Origin: an uncultured Polyangiaceae bacterium
GTDB lineage: Bacteria > Myxococcota_A > Polyangia > Polyangiales > Polyangiaceae
Reading direction: 5' to 3'
Length of the DNA stretch: 62,992 nt
Assembly: GCA_964442485.1 (NCBI GenBank)
Contig: CAYUAW010000005.1
Location: 14,903 to 77,894, forward strand
The notes under the pieces are model-generated. The model was not told where the DNA came from and did no database searches. It saw only the letters and a list, made by a program, of their open reading frames with translations. The translations under genes and the position numbers were made by a program. Of this stretch, positions 26,953-35,363 are shown in pieces. The stretch's first letter is position 1. Each line of letters starts with the position of its first letter.

Positions 26953-28341
26953 CTATTGCTTCACGAAGGTGACGGGCACCTGGATGACCGCCAGGCCACC
27001 CTGGGGAGGGTCGAACTGAGCGGCCTGGGCGCGTGCCTTCACGCAACTGACCACGGAATCAGGCAAATTGCCGCTTGGCGCCGCGGACACACCTTGGACT
27101 TCGCCACCAGGGCCGACGCGGATCGAAAGCGCAATCCGCCCCTCGACGTCCGGGTTTTGTGCGAGGGCGCGGTTGTAACAGTTACGGAATCCGGCGCGCA
27201 TGCCCGCGACGACGCGGGCTGCGTTGCTCACCTGACCACCGCTCACGTTTGCGGCGCCAGTGGAAGCATTGCCCTTCGGGCCTTTTACCTCCTGGACGGC
27301 GCCTGTCCCATTCCCACCGCCTGGGCCAGTGGAACCGATGGTTCCAAGACCACCACCGGCAGATCCGGGACGAATTGCCCCACCGCCACCACCGAGACTC
27401 AACCCGCCGACGCCGACACCGGCGCTGCTCGCCGCAGCCTTGTCGAGAGCGCCGGTCGGCACCTCGCCCGTTTTCAGGACACCTTCCGTCGCCGGGCCCG
27501 CCCCGGAGAGAGCACCGAGGGTCGCCATCTCCATCTGCTCGAGCTGATTGCTGAGAGCGGCAGCCTGAGCATTGCTCATCGCGCCCGCCTTGCCCGGAGC
27601 GCCGCCGGCCTTCGCCGCCTTGGGCGCCTCTGCCGCCTTCGATTCGCTCGGCGCCTCGTCAGTCTTGTCCGTCGGCTCCTCCACCGGAGGCGGCGGAGGG
27701 AGACTCTTCACCGAGTCGAGCAAGCTGCTGATGTTGACGTCGTAGTCGACGACGGGGTCGAGCCACTCCGAGTAGATCGAGCCGATCGCGGAGAAGTGCA
27801 GGAGAAATGAGAACGCGGCGATCATCGTCGTCGCCCAGTCGATCGACGTGGCGCCGCGGGTGACCGACACGGGGAGCTGCGGCTTCGGCTGGATGGGCGG
27901 CGGCGCGACGAACTGGAACAGGAACGTCGTGTCGTCGAGGACGACCTTGCCGCGCGAGTCCTCCGTCAGCCGAATCTGGTACGCGCCCTGCTGCGTACGG
28001 CGCGCCTGGCCCTTCAGCACCGCGAGATCGGAGATACCCGTCGGCAACGCGACGCGCCCGGTCATTCCTTCGAGAAAATTCAAGCAGTAGTCGTTGCCGA
28101 CCAGCTCGAAGAGCCGGAAGCTCGTCGGCAGGTTTCCCGCCGTGATCACGAACATGTTCTTCTCGTTCGGACCGACGGTGACGTGCGTGCGCTGCTTGAT
28201 GATGCGCTCTTCGATGACGCGGCCCGACTGAACGAGCCCAATTCGGAGCACCTTCGGGCCGGTAGCTGCGACCGCCCGCATGACGGCGGTCATCTGACCG
28301 GGGCGACCACCCGGTGCAGCCGAAGGAGTTTGCTGTGTCAT
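26953..28341 (-). CDS. GltG/PglI-like TonB-type protein with AgmX/PglI C-terminal domain
   Basis: Cytoplasmic N-domain (VLRIGLVQSGRVIEERIIKQRTHVTVGPNEKN). One TM span (WATTMIAAFSFLLHFSAIGSIY). Pro/Ala/Lys- and Gly-rich linker. C-terminal FRNCYNRALAQNP...VVSCVKARAQAAQFDPP...VPVTFVKQ with the two conserved Cys of the AgmX/PglI tail, as I recall that family. Confidence 0.75.
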   Translation of the reverse strand: MTQQTPSAAPGGRPGQMTAVMRAVAATGPKVLRIGLVQSGRVIEERIIKQRTHVTVGPNEKNMFVITAGNLPTSFRLFELVGNDYCLNFLEGMTGRVALPTGISDLAVLKGQARRTQQGAYQIRLTEDSRGKVVLDDTTFLFQFVAPPPIQPKPQLPVSVTRGATSIDWATTMIAAFSFLLHFSAIGSIYSEWLDPVVDYDVNISSLLDSVKSLPPPPPVEEPTDKTDEAPSESKAAEAPKAAKAGGAPGKAGAMSNAQAAALSNQLEQMEMATLGALSGAGPATEGVLKTGEVPTGALDKAAASSAGVGVGGLSLGGGGGAIRPGSAGGGLGTIGSTGPGGGNGTGAVQEVKGPKGNASTGAANVSGGQVSNAARVVAGMRAGFRNCYNRALAQNPDVEGRIALSIRVGPGGEVQGVSAAPSGNLPDSVVSCVKARAQAAQFDPPQGGLAVIQVPVTFVKQ

Positions 28342-28527
28342 CGACGAACCTCCACAAGAACCGAACGAAGGCGGGGATCCTGATCACCCGGACGGCGCTC
28401 GAGCACCCACAGGCTGCCGGTCAGGTTAACCCAGGAAAGTCCTGCCGGTCCACGCACAAGCCACGGAATTAACAAAAGAGTCCGCCAGGACGCGAACTAG
28501 CGGCCCGGCCGATGCCACGCCGCGCAG

Positions 28528-29166
28528 CTAGGACCCGCGCCGCCGGCGCCTCCTTTGGTTGCCTCTCCCCGAGCCAGAGTTCTGGCCCGTCTCGTCACCG
28601 TGGACAGCGCTGGGGACGGTAGCCCCCTGGCGCGGCGCCACGCCCGCGCCGAGTCGATTGGCAGCGGCCAGAGCGATCCGGTCCCAGTCCGCCCGGAGCG
28701 CGGTCGCGCGAGCCGCTGCCGTCCGGCCCAGCTCGAAACAGGCCGCCGCCGCCGCAAGCCCGACGACCGCTGCCGACAGCGCGCTCGTGAGCCCCCGCAG
28801 ATCCTGAACGAGCTCGACGATCGCGCCGAGCGCCGCGGAGGACAGCGCGATCCGGACGGATGCGCCGGGGACGCCGCGGTGCTCGGAGAGACGACGGTCG
28901 AGTTCACCGAGGCGTTCATCGAGGGCGACCGCGCCGGCATTCACCGAGAGCGCGTCCCTCGTCGTCATGGCGTCGAGCATCGCAGGTGCGGCGTCCGCGA
29001 ACGCGACCAGGATCGCAGCACGGGCGTCCTCGTCGCTGCCCGCACGGAGCTTCTTCTCGAGGAACGCGACGTCCGGCACGACCAGCGCGCGCTGCCGTAG
29101 CGACGCCTTCAGCGTGAACGCGAGCGCGAGGGCTCCCCCGGCGCCGGCGAGCGCAACGCCCAGCAC
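28528..29166 (-). CDS. hypothetical membrane protein (212 aa) with Arg-rich tail
   Basis: GC3-rich frame. Hydrophobic spans at the N-terminus (LGVALAGAGGALALAF) and mid-protein (LSAAVVGLAAAAACF). C-terminus GRGNQRRRRRRGS. Starts 3 nt after the preceding gene. Confidence 0.55.
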   Translation of the reverse strand: MLGVALAGAGGALALAFTLKASLRQRALVVPDVAFLEKKLRAGSDEDARAAILVAFADAAPAMLDAMTTRDALSVNAGAVALDERLGELDRRLSEHRGVPGASVRIALSSAALGAIVELVQDLRGLTSALSAAVVGLAAAAACFELGRTAAARATALRADWDRIALAAANRLGAGVAPRQGATVPSAVHGDETGQNSGSGRGNQRRRRRRGS

Positions 29167-29169
29167 CGT

Positions 29170-29412
29170 TCAGAACGGATCGCGCGAGATCGCTTTTTCG
29201 ATGCGCTCGAGGAACGGCTGGCGCAGCTCTGCGAGCGTCAGCTTCGGCTGGATGCGACTGACGTCGACGGCGGCAATGGGCTTCTGCACGCGGCCCACGA
29301 TGGTGACCTCGCTGATGGTGACGACGCGACCCTTCGCGCCGTCCGCGAGAGCCGCACCCGAAGCGAGCACGAAAGCGACGCCGACCATGAACGTTCTGAT
29401 GCGTTGAGTCAT
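29170..29412 (-). CDS. small secreted protein (80 aa), GltF/NfsF-like by size and position
   Basis: Signal peptide FMVGVAFVLASGAALA, about 55 mature residues. Sits between the GltE-like and GltG-like genes. No sequence motif recognised. Confidence 0.5.
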   Translation of the reverse strand: MTQRIRTFMVGVAFVLASGAALADGAKGRVVTISEVTIVGRVQKPIAAVDVSRIQPKLTLAELRQPFLERIEKAISRDPF

Positions 29413-29421
29413 GTCACCCTC

Positions 29422-30996
29422 TCACTTGCCCGGAAATGCGGCCTTGGAACCGCTGCTACCCGCTGGCGCCGGCGTCGCGCCGCCCGCTCCTGCCGCCCCA
29501 CCGCCGGTCAAGGGCGGAGGCACCGCTCCTGTCGTGGGCCCCGTCGTGGGCGCCTTCGTGGCAGGCGCAGCCGCTGCACCAGCGGGCGGCAAGGCGCCCT
29601 TCGCGCCCGCTGCAGGCATCGCACCTGCCGCAGCTGGCGTCGCGGCGCCAGTGGGCGCCGCTGCCGGCTGCGCATCCGGGGGCGGAGCATTGGCCTCGGC
29701 TTGCAGGATGGCCTTCTTGTTCTTCGCGCGGCTGAGGAGCTCGTCCGTGTCGTCACCCGCGCCGGCCTTCGTACGCGGCCGCATCGACTTGAAGAGCTCG
29801 AGCTCGGCGATGGCCTTGTCGATGGCGCTGGTGGGCGTCGTGCCGGGCACGCCGGTCGAGAACAGGTAGAGTAGCCCGAGGTTGTAGTGAGCCTCGGCGA
29901 TCGTCGAGTCCTTGCTGAGCACCCACTGCAGATGCTTCAGCGCATCCGCGGGCCGGCCCTGCAAACGGTAGCCGTCGCCGAGATCGAGGTGCACCAGTGG
30001 ATTGGACGCGTCGTAGCTGAGCGCGCCTTCGAGCAGCGGCACCGCTTCGGTGGCGTTCCCCGCTTCGAGCATGTACTTCGAGAGGTTCAACCGTGCCTCC
30101 ACCAGATCCGGACGGAGCTCGACCGCGCGCTTGAAATCCGCGAACGCGTCACGCCGGCGCCCCTGCTCCTTGTAGATCAGGCCACGCAGCAGCAGCGCCT
30201 CGGCGTTGTCCTTGTCGCGCGGCGGGTTCTCCGGGCCATACCCATCGAGGATGGCCGTCAGCGTGTAGAGCGCAAGATCCAGCCTGCGGTTCCGGTAGTG
30301 ATCGCGCGCGAGGGTGACCATCGCCGGGCGATAGTCGGGGTTCTTCTTCAGCGCTTCCTGCGCGAGCTGCTGCGCGGCCGACGAGTCCTTCTCGATGGAC
30401 TTCACCTCGGCCATCGATGCCAGCACGGCCGCGCTCGACGGCAGGATCGCCCGCTCGCGATTCAGAAAGTCCTCTGCTTCGCTGGCGTCGCCGGTGTGCG
30501 CGAGCAGGAGGGCGTACGCCGCGATCGCCGGCTCGTAGTCCTTAACGATGCCGTACGAAGCTCGGTACGCGGCGAGCGCCGCCGATTTCGACCCGAGGCG
30601 CTCCTGGACGACGCCCAGCGAAAGCTGAGCCTGGTATGCATTCGGGTCGGCATCTGCGGCGCGAGAGAACTGCGTCTTTGCGCCCGCAAGATCCCCCGCT
30701 TGGAACGCCTGCAGACCGGCCTGATAAGCCTGCTGCGCCGCTGCATTCATCGGAGGCCGGTTCGACTGCGCGGGCGCATTCGGGTTCGGCGCGTCCGCGA
30801 CGGCGTACTGCTGTCCGGCCTGGTTCGTCGCGACCGGCTGCGCCGCTGCCGGGCCCGTGGTCCCGGGGGGCGTCGCGGCCGTGTTCGGCTCCATCCCCGA
30901 CGACGCGCCGCCACCGCACGCGGTCGTGAAGACCACGGCGAGGCAACCCGCCGCCAACGCCAGCGCATCGCGCTTCGACATGCTTCCCTCTCTCAT
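29422..30996 (-). CDS. TPR-repeat lipoprotein, GltE/AglT-like
   Basis: Lipobox LAVVFTTACGG. Multiple TPR units (AYQAGLQAFQAGDLAGAKTQFSRAADADPNAYQAQLSLG...). Ala/Pro-rich C-terminal tail. ATGA overlap with the upstream gene stop at 30993-30996. Confidence 0.7.
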   Translation of the reverse strand: MREGSMSKRDALALAAGCLAVVFTTACGGGASSGMEPNTAATPPGTTGPAAAQPVATNQAGQQYAVADAPNPNAPAQSNRPPMNAAAQQAYQAGLQAFQAGDLAGAKTQFSRAADADPNAYQAQLSLGVVQERLGSKSAALAAYRASYGIVKDYEPAIAAYALLLAHTGDASEAEDFLNRERAILPSSAAVLASMAEVKSIEKDSSAAQQLAQEALKKNPDYRPAMVTLARDHYRNRRLDLALYTLTAILDGYGPENPPRDKDNAEALLLRGLIYKEQGRRRDAFADFKRAVELRPDLVEARLNLSKYMLEAGNATEAVPLLEGALSYDASNPLVHLDLGDGYRLQGRPADALKHLQWVLSKDSTIAEAHYNLGLLYLFSTGVPGTTPTSAIDKAIAELELFKSMRPRTKAGAGDDTDELLSRAKNKKAILQAEANAPPPDAQPAAAPTGAATPAAAGAMPAAGAKGALPPAGAAAAPATKAPTTGPTTGAVPPPLTGGGAAGAGGATPAPAGSSGSKAAFPGK

Positions 30997-33900
30997 TGCG
31001 GCAACACCGGTAGCGGCGAGGTAGTGCCGTTGGACGGCGGCGCCGTGTCGAGGCCGGGACGGATCCTGAGGAACATCCCCGGCGTGTAGTTCAGGTCCTT
31101 CACCCGCGAGGCATACTGCGGAAGCTTCGCCTCGCCGATGACGTCGGTGAAGAACGCCAGCCGCTGGATTGCGTGCACGATCGCGGCGTTCGACACGTTG
31201 TACCGCCGCGCGAGCATGACGGCGTTGCCGTACCGATCGATCATGATCTGATCCGCGCTGTTGAGCTCCTGCTCACGCTTGTCGCGCCAGGCGTTCGTCA
31301 CGTTCGTGCGCGCGGCGTCTGCCTTCTCCTGCAGATCCGGGTTGTCGCTGTTCTCGGCCATGTGCAGGAGCTGCTCGGTCTTCTTGTCGAACATGATGAG
31401 CGCGGGCGGCCGCGTCTCGTACAGACCGGTGCGGAGCGAGTCGTACAGCGAACCCTGCCGCGCGATCGCCGCGGCAGCCCACTCCGGCGCCGCGTAGTCG
31501 TCGACGACGCGCTGGAGCTTGTCGTACCACTTCTTCGCTTCGACGGCGTCGCCCTGGTAGTTCTTGATGACCTCGACCGCGGTGCCCTTGTAGTGGTGGT
31601 GTCCCGTCTCGTAGTCGAACGTGTTGTGCACGTCCTGGTCGATGAGCGTGAACGCCCCCTCCGCGGCCATGGCGGCTTCCGGCGAGCCGACGGCGCTATT
31701 CGAGCCGTCCTTCGCCTTGGGCGCGACCTGCTTGTACCTGTCGAAGGCGTGCATGGTGTTCTGCCACGCGTCGTTGACCGTCCCGGACTTCGCAGCGCGC
31801 TCGGACTTCGCCACGTTGTAGGCCGCCTGTACGACGTACTGCGCAGCGGCGTCGTTGTTCTTGTTCTGGTCGTAGTACGCCTTCATCGACGCCTCGGCGC
31901 GCTTGCGGGCGGCCTCGTTCGAGCCGGTGTCCGGCGAGAACTCGTCCCACTTCTTCAGATCCGCGCTCGCGACGATGAAGTCCGCCTCGGCCTTGTCCTT
32001 CGGTGACGCGCCAAGGGCGAGGAAGCGCTCTCTCGCCCGCGTCATACCGCCCGTGTCGCCCAGGCTCGCGTACAGGCTCAGCGACTGGCGCGCGGCCGCG
32101 CGCTGCTGATCCTGCGGGAAGTGAGTGTTGCGGCTGATGATGTCGAACGTCTCGGCCGCCTTCGGATAGTCGAAGAACAAGACCCGCGCGTTCGCCAGCG
32201 CGTCGTACGCCATCTTCAGGAACTTCACCCGATCCTCGTACTTCTTCGGGTCGGCGGTGACCGGGGGCTGGGCCTTCGGATCGCCGTGCTGCAAGGCGTT
32301 GAGCTTCTGCTCGTTGCCGTACTGCGAGATGAAGAGCTCGTACATGGCGATCGCCTTGTCGTACTCACCGACCTGCTTGTACGCGTAGGCGCCGTTCATG
32401 GCTGCCTCGGGCGCCTCGTCGCGACCGGGAGCCGCGTCGAGCGCAACCTTGTATGCGGCCGCCGCCTGCCGCCACTTCTTGGCGCGCTCGGGGCCATCCG
32501 GCATCGCCTCGGCCTGCTTGTAGAGCGTCTGCGCGTCGAGGTAAGCGACGCCCTGGATGACGGGCTTTCGAAGCGCCTCTTCCGCGGCCTTCGAGTCCTC
32601 GTTGTAGGCGCAGCTCTTCGCCTCGGCGAGCTTCCTGCTCTGCGCGGCGTTGCCCTCGAAGTTGCTCATGCTGATGAGCTTCTCCCAGGCCTTGTAGCCC
32701 CACTCGTTCTGACCACAGTACTGGTCATAGAGCGGCTGGTATCGCGCGCGCGCCTCCGGGAAGTGGCCGTAGACGAAGTAGTAGTCTGCAGCCTGGAAGG
32801 CGTAGAGGAGCCCGTTTTTCTCCGGATCTCGGTCGACGGGAATGCGCGCGTTGTAGTCGTCGCGTGCCTTGATGGCGTCGATGACCTCGGGAGGCACCGG
32901 ATCGGTGACGACCTTGCGGTTCTCGCCGTCGCCCGCGAACCGCACCTCGTCGCGCTTCTCGATGCCGGTGGCACCACCCGACGCCTGGAACTGACGATAC
33001 TTGTCCTCCAGCACCTTCTCCGAGATCGAGACGAGGTAGTACGCCGCAGGCTGCAGGTACTTGTCGTCCTCGTTCGAGTCGCGGACGTCCGTCGCCGCGT
33101 CCTTCGCGCGCTGGATCTCCTGCGGCGTCGGTGTTCGCCCGACGGCGATCTGCAGCACCACCACCCAGTAGCGTGCGTCAGCGAGCCAGAAGCGGCTCTC
33201 GTACGAGTCGAGCGCCGTCGGATCCTGCTCGATGTACGCGGCCCAGCCCGTCTCTGCCAGCCGGTACTCCGCTACGGCCTTCTCGATGAGCGCACGCTGC
33301 TCACCTTCGTCGGTGAGCTCCTTCGCGCGCTGGAAGTAGTTGCGCGCGAAGTTCGTGTGATCGGCCGCCGCGCGCTGGAGCCCGTTCTTCACGAGCTCCT
33401 CCGCGGCGGCGAGCGCCTCGGGATCGTCGCGATTCGCGTCCGTCCAGGGCGTCGTGCCGACGTAGGCGGCAAGCTTGGTGCGCGCCTCGAGTGCCTTCGA
33501 TGCGTACTCCGCCTTCACCGACGAACCGTCGGGTGCGAGACGCGCGAGCTGGTCGTACAGCTCCGCGATCTTATTTTGCATCTTCGGTGCGTCCCGGTCC
33601 ATCGGGAACTTCTTCAGCGTCAGCTCCAGGACCGCGATGGCGTTCCTGTTCTGCGTGATCTCGATGAACTCCTGGGCGAGCGCCTTGTAGATCTCGACCG
33701 TCCACTTCTTGTCCTGCGGGATGAGCGCAGGATCCTGGACGCGGTCGATCGCGATGCGCATCTTGTCCTCGGCGATGACGGGGTTCGTCTCCACGTCGAG
33801 GACGTCGTTACGCGGGATATTCGGCAGATCGGCGGGCGGACCGTCGAAGTCCACGTAGGTGAGCGAGCCCGCGACGTACGTGTACGCCTCCTGCCGGAAG

Positions 33901-35363
33901 TCGGCACCGGGATCGCCAGTCTTCGCCTCCTGCTCGTCGGCGTAGTGCAGGAGGTTCACGAACCACTGCACCGCGGTCTTGTAACGCTGCTGCTTGAAGT
34001 ACGTCCACGCGCGCTTGTACATGGCGACGCCGTACAGCGGTGGCTTCTCGTACTTCATCGAGTGCTCGTAGGAGCTCATCGCGCGGTTGAGCTCGTAGGG
34101 ACCGCCGGCGACGTCGATCTGGTCGAAGTGGTAGTTGCCGATCTGCCACCAGATCTCGGCCACGTACTTCGGCTCCTCGCCCGGCTCGACGTGCTGCGCG
34201 ACGGGCTCGCAGGTATCGGGGTACGGATCGTCGTAGCGCAGCTCGTCGTTGTCGCGCGCGAGGGTACCGCCCTTCCCCGCCTTGGCCTTGGCCTTCGCAG
34301 CGGGAGCGGGAGCGGGAGGCGGCGTTGCGGCTTTGCCCTTGCGCCTCCCGGCTCCCACCTGGTCGAGCGGAACCGGGTGGCGGTTGTACCAGTCGTTCCA
34401 GAACTTTTCGTCGTGGTTCTGGGGGAGCGGCTGGATCGCGATCTTGTCCGAGTCGGTGGGGTCGTCGGTGACGCTGTACTGATTGTTGCAGACCAGCGCG
34501 CGCCACGCTTGCTGTCCCTCGGGCAGCCGGGACGAATCCGTGTAGGCGTGGCCGAGGAAGTAGTATACGCCGGAGATTTCCTCGTACTTCGGATATTCGC
34601 GGATGATCCGGCGGTAGAGATCGATCGCGGGCTTCAAGGTCTTCGCGAGATCGCCCTCGAAGTCAGCGCGCGCGCGTTCCTCGTAGAGCGCGGCCAGGCG
34701 GTACATCGCGTCCGGCGTTGCCTCGACGTTGGCGTTGGCGCCGCTGTACGTGTCGACGAATTTCTCCAGCCGCCGGATGGCTTCGTCACGCGCGTCGGCG
34801 AGACCCTTCTGTTCGACGTCGATCTCGTGGTCGAGAGCGCTGAGCACGCGCCGACGCTTCTCGTCGTAGTGATGACGGACGATCATGGTCAGCGTGTTGC
34901 GGTAGTCCTTCGCGGCCGCCTGGTACTCGCCGAGCTCCTGCTGCAGCGCAGTGAGCGACGAGAGCTGTTTCGGCGTCGGTGGCGGAAGCGACGGCGCCGT
35001 ACGACGCGGCCCCAGCTTGCCGCTCGAAGCCGCGGGCGGCGCGAGCGTCGGCGCCGCGCCGGCGCCGGGAGCGCCAGCTGACGTGGACCCCTGCGAACCG
35101 TCGGGTGACGTCGGAGGCGCCGTCGTCGAGACGGGCGGCAAGGCCGAGCCCGTCGGCGTCGTCGGCGACGTCGGATTGCTGCTCGACGCCCCGGCCGGCA
35201 CGCTCTTTCCCGTAGCGCCGGAGGAAGCGGGAGCCGGCGATTTCGCAGGCGCGGCCGCAGCGGAGGGCTTCGCGGAGGCGGCGGGCAGCGTCTGCGCCAC
35301 CGAACCGCTCGCCATCACGAGCACCAGAAGAGAAGCGAGTGGGCTCCTGTACCGAGAGATCAC
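30993..35363 (-). CDS. giant periplasmic TPR protein, GltD/AgmU-like
   Basis: ORF 30993..35483, with the start moved to the GTG at 35363 (GTGA overlap with the upstream stop). This yields the signal peptide ISRYRSPLASLLVLVMASGSVAQ. A Pro/Ala/Ser/Thr-rich linker is followed by about 1250 aa of TPR-like helical repeats. Confidence 0.65.
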   Translation of the reverse strand: MISRYRSPLASLLVLVMASGSVAQTLPAASAKPSAAAAPAKSPAPASSGATGKSVPAGASSSNPTSPTTPTGSALPPVSTTAPPTSPDGSQGSTSAGAPGAGAAPTLAPPAASSGKLGPRRTAPSLPPPTPKQLSSLTALQQELGEYQAAAKDYRNTLTMIVRHHYDEKRRRVLSALDHEIDVEQKGLADARDEAIRRLEKFVDTYSGANANVEATPDAMYRLAALYEERARADFEGDLAKTLKPAIDLYRRIIREYPKYEEISGVYYFLGHAYTDSSRLPEGQQAWRALVCNNQYSVTDDPTDSDKIAIQPLPQNHDEKFWNDWYNRHPVPLDQVGAGRRKGKAATPPPAPAPAAKAKAKAGKGGTLARDNDELRYDDPYPDTCEPVAQHVEPGEEPKYVAEIWWQIGNYHFDQIDVAGGPYELNRAMSSYEHSMKYEKPPLYGVAMYKRAWTYFKQQRYKTAVQWFVNLLHYADEQEAKTGDPGADFRQEAYTYVAGSLTYVDFDGPPADLPNIPRNDVLDVETNPVIAEDKMRIAIDRVQDPALIPQDKKWTVEIYKALAQEFIEITQNRNAIAVLELTLKKFPMDRDAPKMQNKIAELYDQLARLAPDGSSVKAEYASKALEARTKLAAYVGTTPWTDANRDDPEALAAAEELVKNGLQRAAADHTNFARNYFQRAKELTDEGEQRALIEKAVAEYRLAETGWAAYIEQDPTALDSYESRFWLADARYWVVVLQIAVGRTPTPQEIQRAKDAATDVRDSNEDDKYLQPAAYYLVSISEKVLEDKYRQFQASGGATGIEKRDEVRFAGDGENRKVVTDPVPPEVIDAIKARDDYNARIPVDRDPEKNGLLYAFQAADYYFVYGHFPEARARYQPLYDQYCGQNEWGYKAWEKLISMSNFEGNAAQSRKLAEAKSCAYNEDSKAAEEALRKPVIQGVAYLDAQTLYKQAEAMPDGPERAKKWRQAAAAYKVALDAAPGRDEAPEAAMNGAYAYKQVGEYDKAIAMYELFISQYGNEQKLNALQHGDPKAQPPVTADPKKYEDRVKFLKMAYDALANARVLFFDYPKAAETFDIISRNTHFPQDQQRAAARQSLSLYASLGDTGGMTRARERFLALGASPKDKAEADFIVASADLKKWDEFSPDTGSNEAARKRAEASMKAYYDQNKNNDAAAQYVVQAAYNVAKSERAAKSGTVNDAWQNTMHAFDRYKQVAPKAKDGSNSAVGSPEAAMAAEGAFTLIDQDVHNTFDYETGHHHYKGTAVEVIKNYQGDAVEAKKWYDKLQRVVDDYAAPEWAAAAIARQGSLYDSLRTGLYETRPPALIMFDKKTEQLLHMAENSDNPDLQEKADAARTNVTNAWRDKREQELNSADQIMIDRYGNAVMLARRYNVSNAAIVHAIQRLAFFTDVIGEAKLPQYASRVKDLNYTPGMFLRIRPGLDTAPPSNGTTSPLPVLPQ

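Noticed and set aside
32121-35081. 986-aa plus-strand ORF. Similar long ORFs occur at 42626-44374, 58060-59814, 12296-13885, 44249-45349, 38940-40052, 15163-16266 and 30993-side antisense frames.
   Set aside because: These ORFs lie antisense or out of frame to genes with clear motifs. Their translations are Arg/Gly/Asp/Val-rich with no recognisable domain. Stop-free alternative frames like these are expected at very high GC.
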